Assembly (NCBI RefSeq): GCF_001194135.2
Contig: NC_069002.1
Location: 13,639,580 to 13,703,579 of the forward strand
DNA length: 64,000 nucleotides
Direction: 5' to 3'
From: Octopus bimaculoides
Taxonomy: Eukaryota
In this document: positions 34,468 to 46,699 of the stretch, piece by piece
Layout of the letters: each line of letters begins with the position of its first letter
Position numbering within the stretch: the stretch's first letter is position 1
The notes under the pieces: model-generated
What the model saw: the letters and a program-made list of their open reading frames with translations, nothing else
Told to the model about the DNA's origin: nothing
Databases searched by the model: none
Position numbers and translations under genes: made by a program

Positions 34468-37299
34468 ACTGTTATATTGGGTTTTATAAATGAATGCGGT
34501 GCCCCATCATGGCCGCGGTCTAATGACTGGAACAAATAAAAGATTTTTAAAAAATCGTTTCTCTCTTATACGTACAACGGCTTCATATAGTTTAGGGCTA
34601 CCAGTTGACTATTTCTGGTTATGTTCCAGGTCATTGTTTTAAATGCTAATTCTTTAACAAAAAGCAAAAAAATGTCTGTATATTTTCCTCCTCTTCCACA
34701 CACACGACATAAGATTTATTTTAATTTAATTTTTTCTTTTAAAGTATTTAATATTAAATATCAAAGCCAGTCAAATGATTGAAACAAGTTAAAAAAAGAA
34801 TTAAAATGGTGGTAACCCTATACAGTAGTGTCGGAAATTATCGACTGCGTCAAAAGTTGGAATATCTCCAGGTTTTGCATCCTTTCAACAGCAGAAATTA
34901 CAATTCAGCGAAAATAGATAACTTCAGTTTTTTGTTCCTTCCTCTTCTATAACTTTTTAAATATTTATCACAAAAAAGAAAAATAATTCAGATTTGTTTG
35001 TAAACGATAATATAAACCCTGTTAGTTGGCTGAGTTTTGTCACCTTTTCCTTTTTCTCCAAAAAATTTTCTAACAAAATATCTATTTATGGCATTTGCAT
35101 AGAACTGACTTTTTGACAATTTTTTTTTCAAGGTATTTTTTACAGCAAATTAATGTAATTTACATTTAATAATGAAAACCTTAAGTAGTTTTAAACTTTG
35201 TTACAAATGTCTGAAACATCCCGATTACAAATATATCATTTTCAAAAAAAATACATTCGAAGAAATTTGGGGTTTTTATGAAATACATAATTTTCAACAC
35301 TATAGGATAGCCTAAAATAATAACTTAAATTGCATTTCATTAATTTTCTGTTTTATTGGTGTTAATAGTTTCACCCCTCACTAAGCAAATTTCGTTTGTA
35401 ACCTAATAATTTTATCTTTTTTTACTATTCCATTAACTTTTTAAAGTTAAATTGTTTTTTCTTTTAAAACCCAATTCCTCTCATTGGCCTCTCCACACAC
35501 TCGACTGGCTTCATAATAGGAACCTGGTTAACACCACCCCACCACTTCTCATACACATAACACTTTTGTCTCCCGAGACAAAAGGATGCCAACAGCATGT
35601 TCTTTATAACATATAGTGCATAAGGATATAAAATCAAATCTGTCACTCTGAAAAATACCCATATTAATTGTATCTACACACACGCACACGCACACGAAAT
35701 ATATACAATTTAATTTTATAGCATTCACACAGAAAATAAATTCCTGTACGAAGTAATCCAGCTGTTTACTTTCATACTTACTATTGTCTTTGTTCTTTGC
35801 AGTGAATTGGTGTGCCTTATCCATAATCCTACCAACAAAGAAATGACAATAACAATGAGCAGAGACTTGTTTTTGTAGAAATTGCTGTAGATAGTTCACT
35901 CCATGCATTGCAAGTTTTATTCTTACTGTTCTAAGAATAACTTCTCAAATAATGAAGTCCCAGAAGCACTGCAAGAAAACTCCAGCTGAAGGCCAAACAC
36001 TATTGGACATGTGCTTTAAACCATAATACATATAAACTCAGAATTGCAGAACTACAAATTGCTATGACCTGCCATTGTGTAATACATACAGAAAACCCTT
36101 GAAATGAAACCCAATGGAAAGATGGGAGTATATTGAGGGCAGATAAAGTAATGGAGAAATGAAGTTGAAAAATTTTTCCTTAATTAAATTGAGTTTTAAA
36201 GGAAGATTTTTAAAACAGTAAAAAGTTACAAATGACTGAATTTATAAAAATTTCCATTTGGAAACACTGAATTTTAGTTTGGTTTTTGAGTGATAAAAAA
36301 TTGAATCCCTTGGATTTCTAGGCTTAATTCCTATAAACAAGGCAACTAGAGAGCCTTATTCAGTTTTGCTGATGAAGAAATTAAAAATGTGGCCAGACTC
36401 TTGCAAATTGAATTTTTTTTTTTCTAATCGGGTGGGACTTTAAACATGACAGACTACATCAACTTTTTCTGCTCTCCCCTCAAAGCTTTCTATTTCTCTG
36501 TACACTACAAATATATCTGTCATTCATTGGCATTATGCATTTGTACGTTGAAACCTTGAGATTTCTGTTCCTTGAAGTTTCCTGACTGTTTAATCAGTCA
36601 GGTAAGTACATACAAGCTGTTTAAATTCATGAATACAATATGAATCCCTTTTCTCTGATTTTTCAAATGTTTCCTGTACTTGATGACACATGGCTGGAAA
36701 AGTAATATTTAATACTGTGATAAAATAGATTGCCTTGTTTTAAACAAACCAGATTAAATTTGATAAGCTTCAAAGTAAGGATGATAAAAATGTTGGCAAA
36801 CGACAAGATGAAATACTCAATGAATTTTGAAAGACTGAACCATTCTTGTCTCCCAGCATACCAAAGTTGATTCACATGAACTTCACTGCAATAATTCTTT
36901 CATTACAAAAGTCTTTAGAACTTCAGTAACATGTCAGCCATTAATGAAGTGAATTCAGATTAAATTTTGAAAAGAATGCAAGTTTCAACAGAAATGCAAC
37001 ACTAACGAAACTAAAAATAGAAACCTGATTTTGCTACAAGCTCCCTGTCAAAGCGCTTGCCCCACCCCCCTTAGCAAGAGATTTAGGTATGACAAAATTT
37101 AGCCCTTCTGGGGTTTTTAAATTGGTTTTAAAAAATTCACATTTTCAGTGCTATATACATTTAAAACTTTAGTGGAAGCAGTAACAGCATTATTGAATAC
37201 TTTTTGACTAGTAATTACCATTTATGATAAATGAAATTCCTAAAGATGGGAATATTTTTGAATTAATTTCTCAACATTCAAGGAATTGTTTTCCATTAC

Positions 37300-37645
37300 A
37301 ATTTTTAATAACACCTGTAGGCTACCAACGTCGCCTTCCTGGCACGTGAAAAGACATTTGAGCGAGATCGTTGCCAGTACCGCTGGACTGGCTCCTGTGC
37401 AGGTGGCACGTAAAATACACCATTTCGAGTGTGGCCTTTGCCAATACCACCTGACTGGCCTTCGTGCTGGTGGCACGTAAAAGCACCCACTACACTCTTG
37501 GAGTGGTTGGCGTTAGGAAGGGCATCCAGCTGTAGAAACTCTGCCAAATCAGATTGGAACCCGGTGTAGCCACCTGGTCCACCACTCCTCAGTCAAATCG
37601 TCCAACCCATGCTAGCATGGAAAGTGGATGTTAAACAATGACGAC
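37300..37645 (+). mobile_element. Abundant retroposon family D (GGAAGGGCATCCAGC...CCATGCTAGCATGGAAAG...(ATG)n tail); related pieces at about 398-508, 2830-3410, 19987-20160, 23400-23780, 24085-24290, 28780-29092, 54245-54470, 61597-61800
   Basis: The same 3' module recurs on both strands throughout the window. Confidence 0.78.
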
Positions 37646-40600
37646 CTGTAGGCACTGATGTAGTCTTGAGAATAGTCTTGCTTGCAGCATCAATAAAAGA
37701 GCAAAAGCAAGAAATAGAATGTAACTTGAGCTTATTTGACACTATTATGAGAATCAAGACCTCCTGCTCACAGGCCACTCCAATGTTCAGTGACTTTTAT
37801 AACCCATTAAAACTATTCTGTTGGTTCTACTTTCATTCTGGATTACAATTGCCAAACACCTGCTTTTCACACAATGTAAGTACCAGAGCCAGTTTTACGT
37901 AATTTGAATTTGTTTTGCATTATATTTATGTAGTGGCAAAGTTACAAAAAAAAAAATGGTAAAACAATGAATTTTAATTTTTTTGCAGAGTTATATCATT
38001 GTTTCAAATTTGAAAAAACTTCAAAGAAAAATCAAAACTGGAAAAGCTGTGGAAATTTTTAGGTGGATGTAAAACTGAAATTTTTTTTTTCTTAACTTTG
38101 TTCAGAATAGAATTTTAGTTTTTCTTGCAAAAAGGTTTGTAAATTTAATTGGTTAGGGTTTATAACAAACTCCAAAAAAGAAAATTTAAAATATTAACAT
38201 TATCTATCCTGTCTTATTTCTTGATTGTTTGATCATAGAAGTATTTGGTAATGATGTTAGAACCAGATTTTGCCACTTGTCTTGGTTTTCTGATACTCTG
38301 AGTCAGCAAAATTGAGGATTGTCCAATTCTTGTTACAAGCCCATCTTCTTCTTGTCCTGCTTTGCTTTCGTCCACCTTCCACTCTGACTTGCAGAATTGT
38401 CTTTGATATAGTCTACAGATTGAATAATGTATCTTAGCAAAGTTTTATTAAAAATAAAGCATTTTTAACCGTAATTGCAAAACAAATTTGAGAACAGTGG
38501 GAGGGTCACCAAAATGCAGTTGTACCACCCTCAAAATTCTGAGTTCAAATCCCACTGATATTAATTTTGCTCTTCCAGTGACAAAGTACCACTCAAATAC
38601 TGAGGATGACAATATCTACTGTTCCCTGTACTTTTCAAGAACTATTTTATAGTTTATTAGGTTTTGTAAAAGTTACTTTTTAAAATTATTGATGTTTTAA
38701 AGAATATTAACGATTCCACAATGGGAATTATTGATTCCTCATTATTTAATATCCATTTTTCATGAAGGCATGGGTTGGATGTCTTGATGGAAGCTGGCAA
38801 GGCTAGGGGCCATACTGCTAGACAGTAGATAGGAAAAGTGGGAATCTCGCTTCATACATGTGTCACTAAGATGTTGAGGCATTTGGCCATGTTACACTAC
38901 ATTTACTATACCTTTCCCAGTTTTTGACCTGAGCAGTCTTTCAGTGCATCCATCAAAGCAACATGCATGAACGGATGCACTGTCCACTTCAAGTATATTC
39001 AGCAAGCCCCAAGCGAGACTGGGGCACACACACACACACACTGAAGTGGCAGAGGCAGTGCCATCTGACTGACTCTATACTGAGGAGGGGTCTAGTTTGT
39101 GCCTTGCCTCATCCCTGTGCTGGTGGTGCAGGGGATGAGCTCAAAACATGATCTGCCCACCATGATCTGGATCGGCCCTTGGATGTGTCAGTCCCTCAAC
39201 ATATTGTATGTGCAGAGCATAGCAGTTCCACACAGTAGTTGCCAAAAAGCTTTCTCAGATTCCAATGTCCAGTTGTGCCACCTCCATTTAAGTGCCACAT
39301 TTTCTCTGCCAAATCCAACTCTCAGTAATATTACCATTCTACCAAGTCCACATTAACAGCATTCAATGCCAAATCTATTCTTGTAGTTGGTTCACTGTTT
39401 CTTCCTATAAGTCCTTGCTTGTGATATCAGTCTCTACAGTAATGTTTAAGGAAGCATTTCTTTGACCATAGATAGCCATGAACAGGTTCCTGCATCAGGT
39501 GCCAATTTCCTCATAATGGATTCTCACATTAATTTTGTCACATAAGTATCTAACATAATTTTACTGTTGTCTTTTACTAGACTCAAATCTCGACATGAAA
39601 TATGGGTTTATAGAATCAATATTTAATGAAACAAAATTATCTTGCAAGAAATACAGCTTTGGCATATGTACTTGAATGGTTGAATGACTAATTTCATTCC
39701 ATAATTCCCTCAAGTCTGTGACTAGACGGCACCATCTTGCCAGCTGGTAGCAGCAGTTAATTGTATCTGACGAAGTGTTGTAATCTGGACAATTTGAAGT
39801 GTCTTCCCCTGTCAAGTCTATTTCTGTTTTTTGATGAGATCTATGATGAAAATTATTCTAGCCATTGCCTCAATTGCCTTTCTAAGCCCCACCTTCATGT
39901 TTTGTGTACCTGGAACAGTTATTCCTTTTCATTCCTTAGATATTTATTTGGTAATAATTTCTACTTTTGTCAAGAGTGTGGTGGTAGTTATGGTAGCTGT
40001 TATTGCTGGTAAATGAAAATGAATTTCGTAGGCTCTGTCAACATGTTGAAGTTTCTGGAACTGTAAACAATTGCAAATACAATAGCTTGTTTACTTGATG
40101 TTTTAAAGTATATGGATTACCATTCATTCCACTTGCTGCTAGAGATATATTCATATAATATTTATCGAACATAGAGAGGACTATACAGGATATCACAAAC
40201 AGTGTTCATGGGTTCATAAATAGCTTTAAAAATATTCAAATATAATTAAACAATATAATTTTAAAATTTTAGACCTTGGCCGTGAAGTCCACCAGCTACA
40301 CGGTACTACTTTACTATGGTTGAAATTAAGCAGGGTCATTCACCCCCAACTTTCTTTCCACATCCTTCCCTTTTTTCCCATATACACTTTGTGACAGGCA
40401 TCTTTTCTCTAGCCCTGTCTTGCTCTTCAGATGATATCTGAAGTAGTAGAGCAAGCCAGGGCTGGAGATGAATGTTCCTGTTGCGACTCCTTTCATATAG
40501 ATACATATGACAAAACTGGAAATAGATGGGTCATAAAATGGAAATTTCTTACTAGAAATACAACACTTATGGCATATGTACTTGATTGGTTGAATGACTA

Positions 40601-41312
40601 ATTTTATTCTGCAATTCCAGATATTCTGTAATTCCCTCAAGTCTGTGGTAGTTAATCCTTAATTTTTTTTTTTAGGTTAGGCCTTATTTATTTTGTAATA
40701 TTTTATACTTTTGTCAAGAGTGTAGTTGTCATGGTGGCACTTTGTTGTTGCTGGTGAATAGAAATGAATTTCATACATTGTGTCAACGGGGTAACCAATT
40801 TCATTCACAAACAAATATCGGATTTTATTAGAGCATGTAATGTTTCCCTTGTCTTGTTTAAATATTAATATTACCCATAAAGAGACATACTGCTTGGAAT
40901 GTATGACAAGTTGTCATACAAGTTAGCAATCTATGGCTGGCCTACCACAACAGGAAAATAATTGTGCTATATTTCCTGTCTATCTGCTATCTGTTAAATC
41001 AAGTGGGCATTGTGATTACCACCAAAAACCTCATTATAGGGAGCAAGGGGGAAAATTCTACAAAATTGAATCCTGTTAAGTTACTTAATAGACCAATCGC
41101 ATGATACTGGTTTGTGTTATCTAGTGTGGTTCAGTTTCCAATCATTGCTACACTTTTAGGGGTCATTGTGTTAAACCACTCATTAAATTCAGTTAAGAAT
41201 TGGAGTTTGATCAGAGAATTTGCATCTGATCTTGTCGGTTTAATGCAGTTTTTATGTTTCTAGTGAAATCTTTGTCACTTTCAAATCAGTTGAGGTTGTC
41301 AATTTAGCTTAA

Positions 41313-41590
41313 CCCATTACCTCCCATAATTCCATTAACTGGAATTTTTTTTATGAAACTTTGATTTCTAGCATAAAACAGCCTTAGAAACACACTGGAA
41401 TGATCAAAATAACATTTTAAATAGAAATAAGCGAGATATTGGGTGAAAAATTAGCAAACCTCATTTGAATATCAGAGAAATATACCTAGTAGATATAGCA
41501 AAAAGGTTAGATATGTGTAAATATTGACAGTTCATTACGGAATTTGTAAATTTCAAGTGATATCATATGAGATCACTGGTAGGTAATGGG
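41313..41590. mobile_element. piggyBac-like MITE
   Basis: TTAA|CCCATTACC...GGTAATGGG|TTAA; near-identical copy at 45998-46260. Confidence 0.88.
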
Positions 41591-43304
41591 TTAAATGGTT
41601 AGGCATTTCCTATCCTTACTAGTGTAGGAAGTGAGGTTGACACTGAATGAGTGCCACACAATTCCTTACATAAACATGGAAGGAAATTAGCAGAACAAGA
41701 ATATCCAAACAAATATTTATTTTCCATGTGTACAAGCGTTACATCTTGGGACTATCAGTAGTCTGGTCGCCTTGGTGTGGAAGCAGCAGTCAGTTTAATC
41801 ACAATTGCGAAGGCATTCTTCACAGGTGAGCCAACGTCATGTGTCTTCAGAATTCCAGCTACATGGAGCTGGTCAAGATGCGTGTGTCTCGGTCGGAAGC
41901 AGAGGCGAAGAGAGTGAGAATGGTGGTCAAGCCTAGCTGATGCTGATGACTGCGCATGCACATAAGGGGCTTCTGGAAGGCTCTAATCCCTGCGCATGCG
42001 TGGATGAAAATCCCCAAATGGCGACTGGAACCAGGCATCACTACACCAGGTTGATCTGTTCACTTGAGTAGTAGAACTTGGTCAGTCTGAGAACTTGCAT
42101 TTGATCTTCTCGGTTTTCTAATAATATCAATATTATGAACACTATTTACATTGCTCAAAATGGCGTCCTTAGAGTCATTGTTGCTTCCACTTCGTCTTGG
42201 TTATTGTGCTCCAGCTTCCTTCGAGTGTGTCGTCAATCTCAGTTGTTGGATCAGAATTTCAAACCTAACTATTTGACCAAACAAACTGTTTTTCATTCCA
42301 ATATCTACATTTGACATTTTTTTGCTTTGGTGGATATTTTTCACTCTCTGTTATGAATTCACCTTAATTCTTTCCCTGGGAATGAACTCAGAACCTAAGT
42401 GACTGCACTGCATTAGCCAATGCCTTTATCCACTACATATAATTACATATTTTTCTTCTGTGGCTCTTGAGTCAGTAATCAGTGGTGAAGGATACTTAAG
42501 TACTAATGAAGTACCATTTACCAGGGAACAAAGCTGCTGCATATATTTTGATTCCATTTTATTCTTTTGAGAGCATTTTTTGAAGCGCACATATTTATAC
42601 ATATGTCTCCCACACATATTTATACATAAAAATAATGGATATTCTTAGTTTTGATGTAAGATGGTCTAGCATTTTTTCTTTTGTCTTTCTCTTACAAGAC
42701 TTTAAACCAGCTAATGATTTTCAGACAGTTCCACAAATTGGACATATGAAAGGGTTCTTATACAAAATGGCTGGTATGTTAGTTCAAGATTTCGTTTTTG
42801 CTCTCAGTTCTGATCATGAAAGATCAGGTACTTTTGTGTTGGGTGATGCATGAGGCAGTTATGCGCTTCTTAGTTTACAACACTTTAATCCAGCCAGTGT
42901 TTTACGATTCTAAAGACTGGACATATGAAAGAATTCTTACAGAAAGCAATTACTGTTAGTTTCAGACTTTGTTTTTGCTCTGTTCTATAGCCAAGAGAGA
43001 GATTTAGTGTTAGGTGTTTTGTGTTAGTCGATGCAATGAGACAGGCAGAGGACTCCAGTAGGAGTTCTCAGGAGCCATTCTCATTGCATCATTCCAACAT
43101 AAGTTTACCATCTTAAGGTTTCTAATATCTTTTGAATGGAATGTGTAGATAGATATTTACCTCTGTGGTTTTGCTGGCAATTTTATTCACATATCAATGT
43201 ATTCCATTTTCACACCTTTAGTACAGGATGATCATACTCTCTGAGCTGATTTAGCAAGGTGTGTTGAACCTAGTTTTGATTTCACCTGACTGTTTCCACT
43301 GTTT

Positions 43305-44330
43305 TAGGGTGTTGATCCTAAAGCCAAATTCTCAGAGTATTCCGTGTATATATTGGCTATTATCAGTGATAATGGTGTACCCATAGCTAAACCCTCTTGT
43401 TGATATATATCAGTGACCATTCTGAAGTAGGTAGTTTCTACACAGCAGGTCTACATTTCCATCAAGTTTCCTATTGGTATACTAGTACGTTCTTTTAGGC
43501 AGGTGTCTGTCACTAGTTTTTCTTGAATCACTGATAGTGCTTCATCAGTTGGGACTTTGATGAACAGACTTATCACATCTAGACTCACCATCTGGTTGGA
43601 TTCAATGGTGGTATCCTTGATCATTTCTGTAAAGTGGATGGAATTCTTCACGTACAATTTTGATTTTCCTGTTAATGGACTGATTATATCCAGAAGGAAG
43701 CAGCTCAGTGGATGACCTGCTGAACCTCTACAGCTCACTATAGGTCTTAATGGAATACCATCCTTGTGAATCTTAGGGAGACGATACATGTGTGGTAGTT
43801 TACTAAAGTGTTGAATCAGTTGTCTGTACTTCATTGGTATAAAGTGATCCTTGTTCTTGCTCAAGATCTGTGATAACTTCCTCTCTCTTTTCAGAGTTGG
43901 GTCTTTCTTTACTTTGCTGTAGCTACCATCACTTATGAGACTTACCAGTTTTTCTGAGTATTCAGACTTGTTTATCACCACTGTAGCATTTCCCTTGTCT
44001 GCTGGAAGTATTATGATGGAATTGTCACTCTGTAGTGTTTTGGTAGTGAACTTTTCTTAGTGATGTTTGGTGTGGGAAGTTTCACTTTTTCTAGTACCTG
44101 TCTCACTTTCCACATTAGTTCATCTCCCTGAGCTTTTGGTATCTTTGTGGCTACTTCTTCAATAGGGGCTATCATGTCCAAGTATGGAATGTGCTTGATG
44201 GTTGTCACAAAGTTGAGATCTTTGTTTAGTACTGCTTCTTCAGAGCTTTCTTGATGTCTTCGACTTATATTAATTACTGCTTTCACGGATGGGTGACAAA
44301 CTTCAGTCTTCATTCTCTGACCCTTCACCT
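43305..44330 (-). mobile_element. Penelope-like element, reverse transcriptase fragment (truncated before YVDD, frameshifted)
   Basis: ORF 43451-43981 has LPKIHKDGIPLRPIVS, VKNS, VSLDVISLF..VP; continues as YQQEGLAMGTPLS..IANIY at about 43410-43330. Confidence 0.9.
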
Positions 44331-44340
44331 TTGAGTAAAA

Positions 44341-44700
44341 CCACCAATAGAAGTGAATATGACCAAAGACTGCTTGTACTCCATCCCATGCAGCTGTGGT
44401 AGATTATACAAAGGCGAAACCTGCTGCCCTCTCAAAATAAGGGTAGAGGAACATCACAAAGCTGTGACATGAGATATTGATAAATCAAGTATAGGTGATC
44501 ATGTATGGAAAGATGGAGGCCACCTCTTGTGGGATGAAGTTAAAATAATAGCCAGAGAACACCACTGGAAGATACAAAAATTAAAAGCACCACATATGCT
44601 AGGACATAACCTCCTAAGTAGACTGTGCAGTCATGAGCAGCATATGGGAACTGGTATTAATGAAAGATTGGGAAGTATTAAATTTTTAAGCCCTAAAGGA
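44341..44700 (+). mobile_element. Penelope-like element, GIY-YIG endonuclease fragment, opposite orientation to the adjacent RT
   Basis: DCLYSIPCSCGRLYKGETCCPLKIRVEEH...IGDHVW...WDEVKIIAREHHWKIQKLK. Confidence 0.85.
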
Positions 44701-44754
44701 AAGATAGGGAAGTATTAGATTTATAAGCCCTAAAATTCACTCCATAATTGCCCG

Positions 44755-44995
44755 TGGGCATATGGCATAGTGGTTAAGAGCGCGGTCTACTAACCCCAAG
44801 ATTCTGATTTCGATTCTAGATAGTGACCTGAATACTAATATCAAAAATACCTAAGGAATGAGAACAGGTTTGAAATTTCCCCAAGACGCCTGATGAAGGC
44901 TGGAGTGTATATCAGCCAAAATGTGTTAACAACAAACAAGTTGAGGACAAATATCCGTTAAATGTAATTCCTCATCTCTCAAATATAGAACTGTA
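44755..44995 (+). mobile_element. tRNA-headed SINE carrying a degenerate hammerhead ribozyme and a Penelope-type tail
   Basis: A-box TGGCATAGTGG at 44763-44773, B-box-like GATTTCGATTCT at 44806-44817; GACGC-CTGATGA-A-GGCTG(10 nt)CAGCC-AAAA-T-GTGTT at 44885-44927; tail matches 31640-31781. Confidence 0.7.
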
Positions 44996-45997
44996 GGAAG
45001 CATGCTCTATAAATCCTATGTTAATTGTTTTTTCATTGACAAATTTTATTTCCTTTTATGAATGAACATCTTTTCAAACCATCAATATTACTTCCTTCTC
45101 TTTCACAGTATTATATTGATTTTCCCTTTTTTGTGGTCTTATTTGCCCTGTTATCTCTCATTTTACCTGGGACATTACCTAATAATAAATTAATAGAACA
45201 CAAAATCATTTTTCTTTTCACTCTTTGGCCTGTATTTAAACTATCAAAGTATGTTGTATTAAAAACCTAAATTTCATGAATATCAGATTCTGTTAATATA
45301 TAATAGTTAAATTGTGTGATGAGTCCCTGTTTGATGTATTTAGGCTGCAGAAATTGTCAAACAACTAATACCATTCACAGATTTGTCTTAGACTTATGTC
45401 TGGTTAAGGACCATGCTATTCACTTAAACATGTAAGACTTTATTTTAATGAGTGAAGTGTGGCATTTTATTCATGTTATTTGCTCTTCCCTATCCAGTTT
45501 CTTGTGAGTTTTAACTCCAGGTCAGCTGTAATGGATCAGAGCTGTGATCAAATTCTTCTAGCTATAATCATATGCGTCTTTCTTGTGCTCTACCAGTTGT
45601 GTATCTGGTACTATAAGTCCTTTGTGGTTTGCTAGGCTGTATTATTACAAAAAATATTTCACTGCTATTTCTGGTTAGTCAAGGCACCATGTGTATATTT
45701 TTTGTGTATGTCTGTAGGTTCTGCTAGATGACATGTGATCTTGATTTCTTTATGATGGTTTTTTATAGAATTGTTCTACATCTAAATTACACCAAAATTA
45801 AATTTTCTATTAATACTGCTAATTGTATCTGAATTGTGTTAGTATCTAGTCAAAGAATTAAAAATAACTCTGATGCCAATGATTCCAAGAAGTGGCACTA
45901 ATCAAGAGTGAAATCTTTTGACTTTGAAAGTAAAATTAATTTAATAGATTTTACTGTTATAAATTCCAATGAAAGTAATTTAAAAAAAAAATATTAA

Positions 45998-46260
45998 CCC
46001 ATTACCTCCCATAATTCTATTAACTGGAATTTTTTTATGAAACTTCGATTTCTAGCATAAAACAGCCTTAGAAACATGTGGGAATGATCAAAATAACATT
46101 TTAAATAGAAATAAGTGAGATATTGGGTGAAAAATTAGCAAACCTTATTTGAATATCAGAGAAATATACCTAGTAGATATAGCAAAAAGGTTAGATATGT
46201 GTAAATATTGACATATAATTACGAAATTTGTAATTTTTAAGTGATCTCATATGAGATGGG
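45998..46260. mobile_element. piggyBac-like MITE, second copy with a deletion in the right TIR
   Basis: TTAA at 45994-45997 and 46261-46264; body matches 41313-41590. Confidence 0.86.
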
Positions 46261-46699
46261 TTAACATAATTATAATCTCCAGATTGAAAAATGTATCTCT
46301 GAAAAAATTTCATGAAAATGTTGAACATTTAATCAACATTATGGGGTGGGAACATATTTGAGAGGAAGGATCACCAAAATGATGTTATATCCTGAAAAAA
46401 TAGCAATAATTAAGACTTAATAGTTTTACTGAGATATTTGTTAATATCTTATACTTTAAAGGGTGGCTGTTGCCATGACATGATTCAGTGCCTGGCATCT
46501 AATCGAACTTGGGTAAAGGTTATTTTGGAGATGAAAACAAAGTATTTCAATTTAAAAACCTGTAAAGATAAGAAATACAAAAAGAATTAAAAATGCTAAA
46601 TTATATTCTTTAACTCTTACTTTTGGAATTTAATTCAACTAAATTGCTCACAAATATTCTAGTTTGTCAACTCCCGTATGATATTCTGAAGCTATTTTT

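Noticed and set aside
35464-37010. Several hydrophobic minus-strand open stretches (e.g. NFYKNKSLLIVIVISLLVGLWIRH, LWYAGRQEWFSLSKFIEYFILSF)
   Set aside because: T-rich strands give hydrophobic peptides by default; acceptors are weak and no coherent, recognisable protein results.
44470-44472. In-frame TGA in the Penelope endonuclease as possible selenocysteine
   Set aside because: It is more simply CGA->TGA CpG decay in a frameshifted dead copy; it is not at a conserved Cys and no SECIS is evident.
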